Of a stretch of DNA of 64,000 bases, positions 38,299 through 47,458 are shown piece by piece. The stretch covers positions 72,759-136,758 of the forward strand of contig CAYMRP010000002.1 of NCBI GenBank assembly GCA_964392925.1, in the 5' to 3' direction. The translations under genes and the position numbers were made by a program. Positions within the stretch are counted from its first letter, which is position 1; each line of letters starts with the position of its first letter. The stretch comes from an uncultured Gammaproteobacteria bacterium. Lineage in GTDB: Bacteria; Patescibacteriota; Microgenomatia; Daviesbacterales; UBA10151. The notes under the pieces were generated by a model, which was given only the letters and a program-made list of their open reading frames with translations, was not told where the DNA came from and did no database searches.

Positions 38299-39731
38299 TG
38301 TGAACAAGTAAACGGAGTATCTTTATGTAGCTTAATCATCCCTCCCCAATCAACTAATGTAAAACCTTTTCTTCTCGGAGTAATAATTTCCGGCTGTTTT
38401 ACAATTTTAGGTTCTTCCAAAGGTTCGAAAAATAAACTAAAGCGAATCGACGTATCAGGAGTTGGAATCACTTCAAGTCTTTCCAAGTAATCTCTCTGAT
38501 TTTTATCAATTAGCCCCACAAAATAATATTGTGATTCTGGCAAAGTCTTCAGCCAATACTCTTCGAAATCCTGCTTCTCTTTTGCATTAAGTCCCAACTT
38601 AGGTAAAATATCATTAAATAATTCCTCCATCTCCCCTGACTCTTGACCCCTCACCACCCAACCTTTTTTTGGCTTTTTCAAGACGTTATCTAAAAGTTTT
38701 GATTCATAATATAAATAACCAGCCCTAATTGGTGACGAGTTATTATTATTTATTAACTTGCCGTCTGGAAATGCAGTCACGGTCCAACCTTTCGTTTTAT
38801 CATAAAAAGGATCTGTATATCCGAGCTCTCCTTGAGGGTACACTTTGACGTTAACTAATTGCTGCTGCCTCGGATAAAGATATACAGCGGGCTTACAATG
38901 GGCATACATGCCAGCCTGGCCTGAAAAAATAAACCACTCTAATTGAAGCTGATCTTTACCAGGACTCTTATCCTGTTCGGGGGAAATCACCGAACCATTC
39001 ATTGGAGAATCAGGATCAATACAGTGAAACAGATCATCTGTGTTATAACCCTTAACATTATCTGGAGTTTCAAACATGGTCTTATCCTGATACATGTCAA
39101 CCAACAAATATATATGTTGCCCATAATTCATTTGAATCGGTTTTCCATCTGGTCCTAGATGTACAAAAAATAAGAATCCTTCAGTTCGAAGTGTCAATAT
39201 CTTGCTGTATTCCCCAGTCCTTAATGTTGCCGGCGCTACCAACTCCACCTCACCCGTCTCATTAGGGAAATAAACCTCAAAACCCGGCTGATTTGCTTTA
39301 TCATATTTAAGAGTGTGTCTCGTGTCGGCATGTCGACCTAGCACCTCTTCAGATGCAATAATTGGCCATTTAACTATTTGAGGAGGAAGCGGGCCCGGTC
39401 TACCCATCCAGTCTGGATAACCCATCACATAATTTGGGTCATTAGACTTAGTAAATATAGGTACGTTTTTTCTTATAGGAACATACTCAACCGGCGCAGC
39501 TGACTCATCCCAACCTCCTTTATGCCCCATTCTAGACATGCCCAGGTTAATAATGGGAGGCAGCATAACTGACTCTCCAGATCCTGGCTCAACAGCTGTT
39601 CCAACCCTACAATCAACAATCTCTTTATTCAGCGGAACTTTCCAGGGGTAAATTATCAGACTAAGCATTAGCATAAATGCCACTACAGTTAAGCCTATAT
39701 AACCTTTTTGAGTATGGAGCAGAGTATTCAT
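38295..39731 (-). CDS. Exported protein with C-terminal KPAVYLYP domain (paralog A)
   Basis: Same architecture; ATGA-coupled to paralog B. Confidence 0.85.
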   Translation of the reverse strand: MNTLLHTQKGYIGLTVVAFMLMLSLIIYPWKVPLNKEIVDCRVGTAVEPGSGESVMLPPIINLGMSRMGHKGGWDESAAPVEYVPIRKNVPIFTKSNDPNYVMGYPDWMGRPGPLPPQIVKWPIIASEEVLGRHADTRHTLKYDKANQPGFEVYFPNETGEVELVAPATLRTGEYSKILTLRTEGFLFFVHLGPDGKPIQMNYGQHIYLLVDMYQDKTMFETPDNVKGYNTDDLFHCIDPDSPMNGSVISPEQDKSPGKDQLQLEWFIFSGQAGMYAHCKPAVYLYPRQQQLVNVKVYPQGELGYTDPFYDKTKGWTVTAFPDGKLINNNNSSPIRAGYLYYESKLLDNVLKKPKKGWVVRGQESGEMEELFNDILPKLGLNAKEKQDFEEYWLKTLPESQYYFVGLIDKNQRDYLERLEVIPTPDTSIRFSLFFEPLEEPKIVKQPEIITPRRKGFTLVDWGGMIKLHKDTPFTCSQ

Positions 39732-39802
39732 TATATTAATATATCTCAACTCCACTTGCTTTGTCATGTCAATCTCATTAGAATTTTAGTCGCCCATAAA
39801 AA

Positions 39803-41917
39803 ATGATCAATAAACTCCTAACTTTTTGCTTTTATTTATTATTCCTGATTACCCCTCTACTTTTTACCTCCGCCACCTCCGAACTTTTTGAATACAACAA
39901 AATGATGTTTGTCTATTCTTTAACTGCAATTACAACCGGACTCTGGGTTTTAAAAATGATCTCTCAAAAAGAGCTTATTTTTAAAAGAACACCGCTGGAT
40001 ATCCCACTTGCACTTTTTTTACTTAGTCAAATCCTGTCAACCATTTTCTCAATTGATCCCCATACTTCTATTTGGGGTTATTACTCACGCTCAAATGGGG
40101 GACTGCTTTCTGTAATTTCATACATACTTCTCTACTATGTTTTTGTCTCTAATTTTAATAAAGAAACTGTTATTAAATTATTAAAAACTGCTATTTTTGG
40201 CGGAGTAGCAGCCTCTATTTATGCTATCCCTGAGCATTTCGGAATTTCCCCTTCCTGTATTATTCTCACTAACGAATTTACTGCCTCCTGCTGGGTCCAA
40301 GATGTTCAGGCCAGAGTATTTGGCACAATAGGTCAGCCTAATTGGTTGGCAGCACTTTTGGCTATGTTAATCTTCCCGGCTCTTTATTTTCTGCTTACCG
40401 CCCAATCGTTTAAATCCAAATCAATATATCTAATCTCCCTAATTGCAATGTATTTGGCTTTTACATTTACCTATTCCAGAGGCGCAACTTTAGGCTTAAT
40501 CGGTGGTTTTGGGGTTTTTGGTTTATCCCTTTTCATTAAATACTTCTACACTAAAAAAATTGTTGAAATAAAACTTCTGGCCATTGTTGCTATAAGTTTC
40601 GTTCTAATCAATTTATTTTTTGGCTCAGCCATCACCCGCTTTAAATTATTTGCCGAACCAGCCATTCCTTCCAGGCCGGAAATTGCTCAAAGTTCGGGCA
40701 CTCAACTCGAAAATGGTGGTACCGAATCCGGCCAAATCCGTCTGATTGTTTGGGAAGGTGCACTCGAAATATTCAAAGCTTATCCGATATTAGGCTCAGG
40801 AGTTGAAACTTTTGCTTACTCTTACTACCAATTCCGCCCAAATGCTCACAATATGGTTTCCGAGTGGGACTTTCTATACAACAAAGCTCACAACGAATAC
40901 CTTAATTATTTAGCTACGACTGGTATCGTTGGTTTCGTTTCTTATCTCTCGGTAATTCTTACATTCATTATTTTTTGCATTAGATCCTACATTATAAGTT
41001 TTAGAAATAAGCCTTCCCATAATACATATCCTTCGCTTCTAATCCCCACCCTTCTGGCCGGTTATACTACATATCTCATCCAAAACTTTTTCCTTTTTTC
41101 AGTCGTTAACGTTTCAGTTCTTTTTTATCTATTTCCTGCCTTTATTTTTGTTTATCTGGACGATGCCAAATCCTTATCTGAATCAAACATGATTCAAAAA
41201 ACTCTTCGTAAACTATTCCAAGTCATTAATAAGAAAGGTCTTTCTAAAACAATTGTTCAGGGGTTAGTTACGTTAATCACCATCGTGGTCTTAATATCTA
41301 TTTTTAATTTATGGGAAGCTGATACCCTTTACAAAAAGGGCTCTGACTACAATGATTTAAATAATCCTGGCCGGGCATATTCCTATTTAATTCAGGCAGT
41401 CAAACTAAATCCCAGCGAACCCCTATACCTTTCAGAACTAGGAAATGCCGCAGCCTCATCTTCAATTGCTTTGGCCCAAGAAGATTCAACAACTTCAGCT
41501 GAATTGAAAGATGATGCTCAATTCTTTACCGATCTGGCCCTTTCAATCAGCCCCGTCAACACTACAATTAACCGGACTGCCATCCGCACTTATTTTTCTC
41601 TGGCACTTGTCGATCCGGCTCTAGAAGAAAAAACAATTGGGGTAGTCGATAAATCTATCGCCCTTTCACCAACCGACCCTAAGCTTTTACATAACAAAGG
41701 AATTATTCTCTCCCAGTTCAATAGAATAAAAGAAGCCACAGCCAGCATCCAAGAAGCTATCAAACTCAAACCAAATTACCGCGATGCCCGTCTGAGCTTA
41801 GCTGATTTATATATAAAAAATAATCAGCCAGATTTAGCAGAGACTGAGCTAAATGCTGTTTTAAAACAAATCCCCGGCGATCCAGATGCCTTAAAATTCC
41901 TGGAGCAAATTAAATAA
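39803..41917 (+). CDS. O-antigen ligase family membrane protein with TPR repeats
   Basis: GTIGQPN, T.SRG, R...W, AHNEYL; C-terminal TPRs. Confidence 0.88.
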   Translation: MINKLLTFCFYLLFLITPLLFTSATSELFEYNKMMFVYSLTAITTGLWVLKMISQKELIFKRTPLDIPLALFLLSQILSTIFSIDPHTSIWGYYSRSNGGLLSVISYILLYYVFVSNFNKETVIKLLKTAIFGGVAASIYAIPEHFGISPSCIILTNEFTASCWVQDVQARVFGTIGQPNWLAALLAMLIFPALYFLLTAQSFKSKSIYLISLIAMYLAFTFTYSRGATLGLIGGFGVFGLSLFIKYFYTKKIVEIKLLAIVAISFVLINLFFGSAITRFKLFAEPAIPSRPEIAQSSGTQLENGGTESGQIRLIVWEGALEIFKAYPILGSGVETFAYSYYQFRPNAHNMVSEWDFLYNKAHNEYLNYLATTGIVGFVSYLSVILTFIIFCIRSYIISFRNKPSHNTYPSLLIPTLLAGYTTYLIQNFFLFSVVNVSVLFYLFPAFIFVYLDDAKSLSESNMIQKTLRKLFQVINKKGLSKTIVQGLVTLITIVVLISIFNLWEADTLYKKGSDYNDLNNPGRAYSYLIQAVKLNPSEPLYLSELGNAAASSSIALAQEDSTTSAELKDDAQFFTDLALSISPVNTTINRTAIRTYFSLALVDPALEEKTIGVVDKSIALSPTDPKLLHNKGIILSQFNRIKEATASIQEAIKLKPNYRDARLSLADLYIKNNQPDLAETELNAVLKQIPGDPDALKFLEQIK

Positions 41918-41932
41918 TTTTTCACTAGCATT

Positions 41933-42190
41933 ATGAAACCTATCTCAGATTCATTAGATAAATTTAAAGATGTTAAACGCTCCTCAAACAATTCCACCGA
42001 ATTCCAAATGTATGGCGTATATTTGGCCGATACCCTTGGCGACACCAAGCATTATTCGCTTTACATCAAAATGGCCAAAACCATGCCCCGCCAAATTCTT
42101 GAAAGCGCTCTAAGTTATGTCAAAGACTACCCTAACGCCAAATCTAAAGGAAAACTATTTATGTGGAAGGTTAAGGAACTAAGGAAATAG
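41933..42190 (+). CDS. Small conserved hypothetical protein
   Basis: 85-aa helical ORF ending KLFMWK. Confidence 0.75.
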   Translation: MKPISDSLDKFKDVKRSSNNSTEFQMYGVYLADTLGDTKHYSLYIKMAKTMPRQILESALSYVKDYPNAKSKGKLFMWKVKELRK

Positions 42191-42288
42191 GGTCTTTACC
42201 TTTCGCGAAGCGGAAGGCAAGGTTCTTCGAAGTGAGCAGTAAAATGCGAAGCTACTGCGAACAAGAAGGTTCTTATGTGGAAGGTTAA
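42159..42288. repeat. Hairpin element flanked by 16-bp direct repeat TTATGTGGAAGGTTAA
   Basis: Repeat at 42159-42174 and 42273-42288. Confidence 0.75.
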
Positions 42289-42367
42289 AGAAATGAAAAA
42301 AGAACTTAAAGAAACTCCTAAAACTTAGCAATATTTTTTTCAGAATTAAAATGTTAAAATCTCACCC

Positions 42368-42886
42368 ATGCAGTTAGTAATCGCGCCTGATAATAAATTA
42401 CGAGTCAAAACCAAAGCCGTAAAAAAATTCTCACCCCGTTATCACCAAATCATCAAAGATATGATCAAACTGACCAAAACTTTCGTTGATCCAGAAGGTG
42501 TAGGTCTAGCTTCAACTCAGGTTGGACTTGATGAGCAATTTTTCGTTGCCAAAATGGATGACGAATCTTTCAGAGCTTTCTTTAATCCAAAGATAATAAA
42601 ATCGTCAACCGCTGTTAAAGTTTACACCGAAGGTTGCCTTTCTATCCCAAATTACTGGGGCGAAGTGACTCGCCATTTATGGGTTGATGTCGAGTATCAA
42701 GACTTATCCGGTCAAACAGTAACCGAGCGTTTAAAAGGCCTTACAGCTCATATTTATCAGCACGAAGTAGACCACTTAAACGGTAAATTATTTATGGATC
42801 ACATTTTAGAAGAAAAATCCAAATTATATAAAGTAGTCGGTAAAGACAAAACCGGAGCCGATATATACGAACAAGTTCCTCTATAG
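42368..42886 (+). CDS. def: Peptide deformylase
   Basis: GVGLA..Q, EGCLS, QHEVDHLNG. Confidence 0.96.
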   Translation: MQLVIAPDNKLRVKTKAVKKFSPRYHQIIKDMIKLTKTFVDPEGVGLASTQVGLDEQFFVAKMDDESFRAFFNPKIIKSSTAVKVYTEGCLSIPNYWGEVTRHLWVDVEYQDLSGQTVTERLKGLTAHIYQHEVDHLNGKLFMDHILEEKSKLYKVVGKDKTGADIYEQVPL

Positions 42887-42887
42887 T

Positions 42888-42953
42888 TATTTTTCGAACG
42901 CAGTGAGAAAATACAACAAGTAAAAAGTGTTTTCTCGCACATTCGAAGGATAA
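42888..42953. repeat. Inverted REP-like pair
   Basis: TTTTTCGAACGCAGTGAGAAAATAC ... GTGTTTTCTCGCACATTCGAAGG; same family as 14862-14926. Confidence 0.7.
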
Positions 42954-42958
42954 ACAAC

Positions 42959-43720
42959 ATGGATTCTAAATCGAAAATAATTTTCCTCGGCACTCCCGAT
43001 TACCTTAATCCAATAATTAAGTCCTTAGATGAGAATTTTGATTTAGTTAAAATTATCAGAAAAACCAGCGACCTAAACAACGAAACAATAGAACAATTTA
43101 ACAATTTAAAACCTGATCTTCTAGTTGTTGCTTCTTTTGGCAAAATCATTCCCCAGGAAATATTAAACATTCCTAAACTTGGAGCCATTAATATTCACCC
43201 TTCAAAACTCCCGCTTTACCGAGGACCTTCACCAATTCAGTCTCAAATTATAGATGAAGTAACCGATTCAGCAATCAGCTTTATTTTAATGGACCAGGAA
43301 ATGGATCACGGCCCATTAATTTACCAGGAACCTTTTGAAATCAAACAAGACGATACTTTTGAATCTCTTTTAACTTCAATGTTTCAAAAATCAGCAGATA
43401 TTCTACCGATCGTAATCCAAAGTCTTGCAGACAATAAATTATCTCCAATTGATCAAAACCATGATGAAGCTACTTTTTGCAAAGAAATTCAAAAAGAGGA
43501 TGGTTACTTTGATATCGAAAATCCTCCGGCGTTAGAAGTCTTAAATAAAATGATCAGAGCCTATTATCCTTGGCCCGGAACCTGGACAAAATGGAACAAC
43601 AAAATAGTAAAACTACTGCCAGAAGGCAAAATCCAAATGGAAGGCAAAAGTCCGACCGATTTAAAATCATTTCTCAATGGCTACCCGACATTCCCCCTAA
43701 AATCCTTAATTGCTGAGTAG
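42959..43720 (+). CDS. fmt: Methionyl-tRNA formyltransferase (shortened)
   Basis: FLGTP, NIHPSKLP.YRG.SPI, MD.G. Confidence 0.93.
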   Translation: MDSKSKIIFLGTPDYLNPIIKSLDENFDLVKIIRKTSDLNNETIEQFNNLKPDLLVVASFGKIIPQEILNIPKLGAINIHPSKLPLYRGPSPIQSQIIDEVTDSAISFILMDQEMDHGPLIYQEPFEIKQDDTFESLLTSMFQKSADILPIVIQSLADNKLSPIDQNHDEATFCKEIQKEDGYFDIENPPALEVLNKMIRAYYPWPGTWTKWNNKIVKLLPEGKIQMEGKSPTDLKSFLNGYPTFPLKSLIAE

Positions 43721-43764
43721 CCCTATAGTTTGATTTAGGCACAATAATAGTCTATAATACCCAC

Positions 43765-44994
43765 ATGCCCATACTAGAACGTAGACGCTTCATAGCCCTC
43801 CTTGCCGGAGCCTCAGCAGGAACAGCCATCGCTTTAACAGAAAGTAACCCTTCAATAGCCTTGGCTAGCCCCTTAAAATCTGAAGCTTTCCAACCTCAGA
43901 TCATAACTCCCCCTGCACATATACACACCTTTAATCCTCTTCTCCGTTTACAACAAACCTCAACAGACCTGGCAGCTCGGCCCTTAAACACCCAACAAGC
44001 AGACATGCTCTTAAATCAACTCGCAGACTGGAACGTCACCAGAACTGACGGCATACTAACCGACCCATCATTACTTTCAAATACTTACTTATTAACAAAT
44101 GGTCCAGAAACCACTACTAAACCTCCATATGATAAAAACTCCGACCCTTTAAAACATCCAGTCATACAAGATTTTTATACCAGATATCCCGACTATCAAT
44201 ATTCAGTGGAATCAGCAGAAAGACTTCTTTTTCTTTATTACACACCTGCGCTTGGAGCAACTCCAAATTCTGGGACCAGAGAATCGATTATTAATCTTGA
44301 TGCAACAAATAGGCCCCAGATCAACCCTCAAAGAAGAGGGGCTCTATTATTTCAATACCACGGAGTTGAGGCCGATCCAATAAAAACGACTGCTACTCCT
44401 CCAATCGTCCTTTTATCTACCGGACAGCATGAATGGGTTCATCAAGATAATTGGGGAATCAAAAAACCTCTGGACCAAGATTTAATAACCTTCTTAGAAC
44501 ACGACTATAAAGGAAAATCAAAACCCACTTTCGCCGGGAGCCAGGATAATTTTGCGGTCAATTACACTCTAACCAACGAAGACGGCGCTCAGATTCCTAG
44601 TTATAGTGTTAAATTCAATGAACTAATAACTGACTTTCTAAGCTCTGAAGTATTTAGACAAGCAGGTCTCCCTTTCTTCACAGGTTACGATCTCAAACCT
44701 ACAGACTATTTCAATATTCTAAGAATTATGGATCAATCAGGACTTAATCTGCAGACTCTGAATCAGATGTATAAACATGCGCGGCTAACCGATTTCTATC
44801 TTGCGATAGCTTCTGGAGCAGAAGCAGATGGTAAAAAAACCTTTTCAGAATCAAACAATAACAGAGATAAAATAGCTTTTGCCACAAAAATTATGCCCTG
44901 GTGGGATTTTCCGGATTGGAATCCAACTCCAAACGATCCTAGAAAATTAGACCCAACTGTTTATTACAGAGGTTTAGTAAAAGCAACAGCGTAA
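43765..44994 (+). CDS. Exported hypothetical protein with twin-Arg-like signal and HExxH
   Basis: ERRRFIALLAG; HEWVH and downstream FNE. Confidence 0.7.
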   Translation: MPILERRRFIALLAGASAGTAIALTESNPSIALASPLKSEAFQPQIITPPAHIHTFNPLLRLQQTSTDLAARPLNTQQADMLLNQLADWNVTRTDGILTDPSLLSNTYLLTNGPETTTKPPYDKNSDPLKHPVIQDFYTRYPDYQYSVESAERLLFLYYTPALGATPNSGTRESIINLDATNRPQINPQRRGALLFQYHGVEADPIKTTATPPIVLLSTGQHEWVHQDNWGIKKPLDQDLITFLEHDYKGKSKPTFAGSQDNFAVNYTLTNEDGAQIPSYSVKFNELITDFLSSEVFRQAGLPFFTGYDLKPTDYFNILRIMDQSGLNLQTLNQMYKHARLTDFYLAIASGAEADGKKTFSESNNNRDKIAFATKIMPWWDFPDWNPTPNDPRKLDPTVYYRGLVKATA

Positions 44995-45004
44995 GAAATA
45001 GAGA

Positions 45005-45253
45005 TTATGCAGCAACAGGAGCTTCAGCTTTGCTTCCAGAGGAAGGGCGTATTGGAGCTACCCAAACAGGTTTAACAATTCTCAAACATTTTGTGCAGTA
45101 CTTATTACCTTTATAAGCGTGAAGATTTGGTTTCTGAACATTCTTATGGATTTGAGCTCGTAATGGCCACTCAGAAGCACCGGACGAACCTTTCTGATGT
45201 CTTGACCATGATCTTATTGTTGAACCTTTAGTGCAAAGCGTACAAACTGCCAT
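45005..45253 (-). CDS. rpmB: 50S ribosomal protein L28
   Basis: CTLCTKG...KPNLH...CTKCLR; start moved to MAVC. Confidence 0.85.
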   Translation of the reverse strand: MAVCTLCTKGSTIRSWSRHQKGSSGASEWPLRAQIHKNVQKPNLHAYKGNKYCTKCLRIVKPVWVAPIRPSSGSKAEAPVAA

Positions 45254-45315
45254 AATAACTACTTCCCTTTCAAGTCGTGATAGAATAACATAATTCAAAT
45301 TAAAATTCCATACCT

Positions 45316-45960
45316 ATGGCCGAGATCGTAGCCTTATCAATAGTCATCTTAATATTCTCCGTTATCGTCCATGAAGTCATGCACGGATACGTCGCTTTAA
45401 TGTTTGGCGATCACACCGCAGAAAGGGCCGGCAGACTAACCCTAAATCCCATTCCTCATATCGACCCAATAGGCACAATTCTTCTACCAGGAGTTCTTTT
45501 GTTAATCCCACTTCTAACTGGAACTTCTCCAGGCTTTCTTATTGGTTGGGCTAAACCAGTTCCAGTTAATCCTTTAAACTTCCGCGAGCTTAGAAAAGGT
45601 GAAATTATGGTTTCATTAGCCGGAGTCTTTTCTAACTTCGGTCTAGCTCTGGCCTTCGCAGTTTTATATCACATTGCTACCGCCTTTTTCCCAAACACTC
45701 TCGCCCTTCAGGTATTTGAGTTTGGTGTCCAAATTAATTTAGTTTTAGCCATTTTTAACTTACTGCCGATCCCTCCTTTAGACGGATCAAAAGTTTTAAT
45801 CGCTCTTCTTCCTTACGAAGCTGCTAAAAGATTCGAAGCGATTTCCTTCCAGTATGGCTTCTTTATAATCCTGCTCCTTTTATACCTTGATATCATCGGT
45901 ACAATTATGGGATTTATCATTCCTCCACTCAAAATGATACTCGGTTTACCTCCTTTTTAG
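45316..45960 (+). CDS. Site-2 protease family (M50)
   Basis: HEVMH, GRLTLNP..HID, FNLLPIPPLDG. Confidence 0.92.
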   Translation: MAEIVALSIVILIFSVIVHEVMHGYVALMFGDHTAERAGRLTLNPIPHIDPIGTILLPGVLLLIPLLTGTSPGFLIGWAKPVPVNPLNFRELRKGEIMVSLAGVFSNFGLALAFAVLYHIATAFFPNTLALQVFEFGVQINLVLAIFNLLPIPPLDGSKVLIALLPYEAAKRFEAISFQYGFFIILLLLYLDIIGTIMGFIIPPLKMILGLPPF

Positions 45961-46039
45961 GCACAAATTAAGCCGTTTAACCCCCTGTATAGATCCTTCC
46001 TTAATTTGACACAAATCGCCCTTTTTGGTAACTTTAGGG

Positions 46040-46297
46040 AGTTCCTTTAAAAAGAACGTAGGCTCAAAAAGCCTTCCCCGCAAGGGAATTTGCCTACTTC
46101 GCACGTTTACTTCTTAAGTTGCATTTTTCTCCACATTTTGCAACCTGATAAGGGATTTCTGCCTTAAACAGCAGGATATTGTTCTCGTATTTGAGATCCT
46201 TGGATCAAAAGATCAGAACTCCCATCTTAAAATTTATCGGGGGAAAACGCTTAAGACCACGGCTAAGTAGGCAGAAATTATTAATATTGATAGAATA
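46040..46297 (+). ncRNA. Structured ncRNA, 6S RNA-like core at about 46089-46275
   Basis: TTGACA-17-TAACTT promoter, ~187-nt rod with central bubble, intrinsic terminator, no ORF. Confidence 0.6.
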
Positions 46298-46327
46298 AAC
46301 TAGTCACTTCATTGCGGCTAGTTTTTT
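46298..46327 (+). terminator. Intrinsic terminator
   Basis: AACTAGTCAC-ttcatt-GCGGCTAGTT followed by T-run. Confidence 0.7.
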
Positions 46328-46364
46328 GTTTTTAAAGGACAGAACAATTAATTTCAAATAATTG

Positions 46365-46436
46365 AGCCGACAATGGGAATCGGACCCATGACCCCGTTCT
46401 TACCAAGAACGTGCTCTACCACTGAGCCATGTCGGC
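46365..46436 (-). tRNA. tRNA-Thr(GGT)
   Basis: Cloverleaf GCCGACA...TGTCGGC, anticodon arm GTTCT-TGGTA-AGAAC. Confidence 0.95.
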
Positions 46437-46469
46437 AAACTACAAACTGGCGATGTGGCAAGCTCTGCT

Positions 46470-46623
46470 TACCACTGAGCCATGTCGGCAAAAAACAATC
46501 TAAACCGCGAGTGAACGTACTCTTCCAGGGATAAATTATTTCTAGTCTGTCGCTTTGCGACATTGTATGTAATTATCCCGTTAAAGCAGGGTTTCCTGCT
46601 TTAACCCACTGAGCCATGTCGGC
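46470..46623 (-). repeat. Two extra copies of the tRNA-Thr 5' end (GCCGACATGGCTCAGTGG) with unique spacers
   Basis: Copies at 46472-46489 and 46606-46623. Confidence 0.9.
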
Positions 46624-46653
46624 AATCAAAACATGGAGAATTGTACCAAATTC

Positions 46654-47058
46654 TCACGATTTAATATATTTGTTCTTTCGCCATTCACGTCCTCGTCCTT
46701 TATTCAAATTTCTAAAATTGACAGTTAGTGCATGGCAGTTGGGACATAACAATCTTAAATTACTCTCAATACTATTCTCACCATTACCATCTATATGATC
46801 AATCTCTAGTGGTACTCTCAAAGTAATCTGATGCTTTTGATTCCAACCACAGCTGGAACACACTTCTCCAAATTTCTCAATTAAATAACGCTTGATATGT
46901 TGAGAAATATTTCTGGTATTAATTCCACGGCTACCATCCTTTTCTCCTCTTAGCCAAGCTTTTATGTAAGTTTTATATTGGCTTATGGCCTGACATCTAT
47001 TCGAACAATACTTAGAAGATCTTTTTAACTTTGCTGCACACTCAATACAGTTCTGCAT
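46654..47058 (-). CDS. HNH endonuclease with N-terminal Zn finger
   Basis: CxxC..YCSxxC; CSSCG...LEIDHIDGN...NLRLLCPNCHA. Confidence 0.92.
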   Translation of the reverse strand: MQNCIECAAKLKRSSKYCSNRCQAISQYKTYIKAWLRGEKDGSRGINTRNISQHIKRYLIEKFGEVCSSCGWNQKHQITLRVPLEIDHIDGNGENSIESNLRLLCPNCHALTVNFRNLNKGRGREWRKNKYIKS

Positions 47059-47065
47059 AATAACA

Positions 47066-47097
47066 TTAAACCAGTTGTCGTATTACAACTGGTTTAA
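47066..47097. promoter_or_regulatory. Perfect 13-bp-arm palindrome upstream of the HNH gene
   Basis: TTAAACCAGTTGT-cgtatt-ACAACTGGTTTAA. Confidence 0.7.
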
Positions 47098-47111
47098 CAA
47101 ATAAAAAAAGG

Positions 47112-47184
47112 AGCCGACAGCTGGATTCGAACCTGCGACCCATGCTTTACAAAAGCATTGCTCTAACCACTGAGCCATGTCGGC
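47112..47184 (-). tRNA. tRNA-Thr(TGT)
   Basis: Cloverleaf, ATGCT-TTTGTAA-AGCAT anticodon arm, GGTTCGAATCC. Confidence 0.96.
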
Positions 47185-47287
47185 TTTAAGTGTAAATTCT
47201 AACAAAAACAACCAATTAAAGAAAGTTTCTACTTAAATAACTCTATCGTTGCAAATATATCCTCATTTGATGTAAAATTCCCAAGTT

Positions 47288-47458
47288 ATGGCAAAGAAAG
47301 ACGCAAGAGCAGCTATTGGTTTAGGATGTACTGAATGCAAATCCAGAAATTATATAACTGAAAAGAATTCAACTAACACCAAAGAAAAATTATCTATTAA
47401 TAAATACTGCAAAAAATGCAGAAAAGCTACCCTGCACGAAGAGTATAAGCTTAAATAG
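47288..47458 (+). CDS. rpmG: 50S ribosomal protein L33
   Basis: Manual translation MAKKDAR..CTECKSRNY.T.KN...KYCKKCRK.TLH.E. Confidence 0.95.
   Translation: MAKKDARAAIGLGCTECKSRNYITEKNSTNTKEKLSINKYCKKCRKATLHEEYKLK

Noticed and set aside
46040-46297. tmRNA, RNase P RNA or HEARO/omegaRNA
   Set aside because: No tRNA-like ends or TCCACCA, no GAGGAAAGTCC; the nearby HNH protein is small, lacks RuvC motifs and is on the other strand
46354-46798. ORFs 46354-46563 and 46616-46798
   Set aside because: Overlap the tRNA, its repeats or the HNH antisense strand
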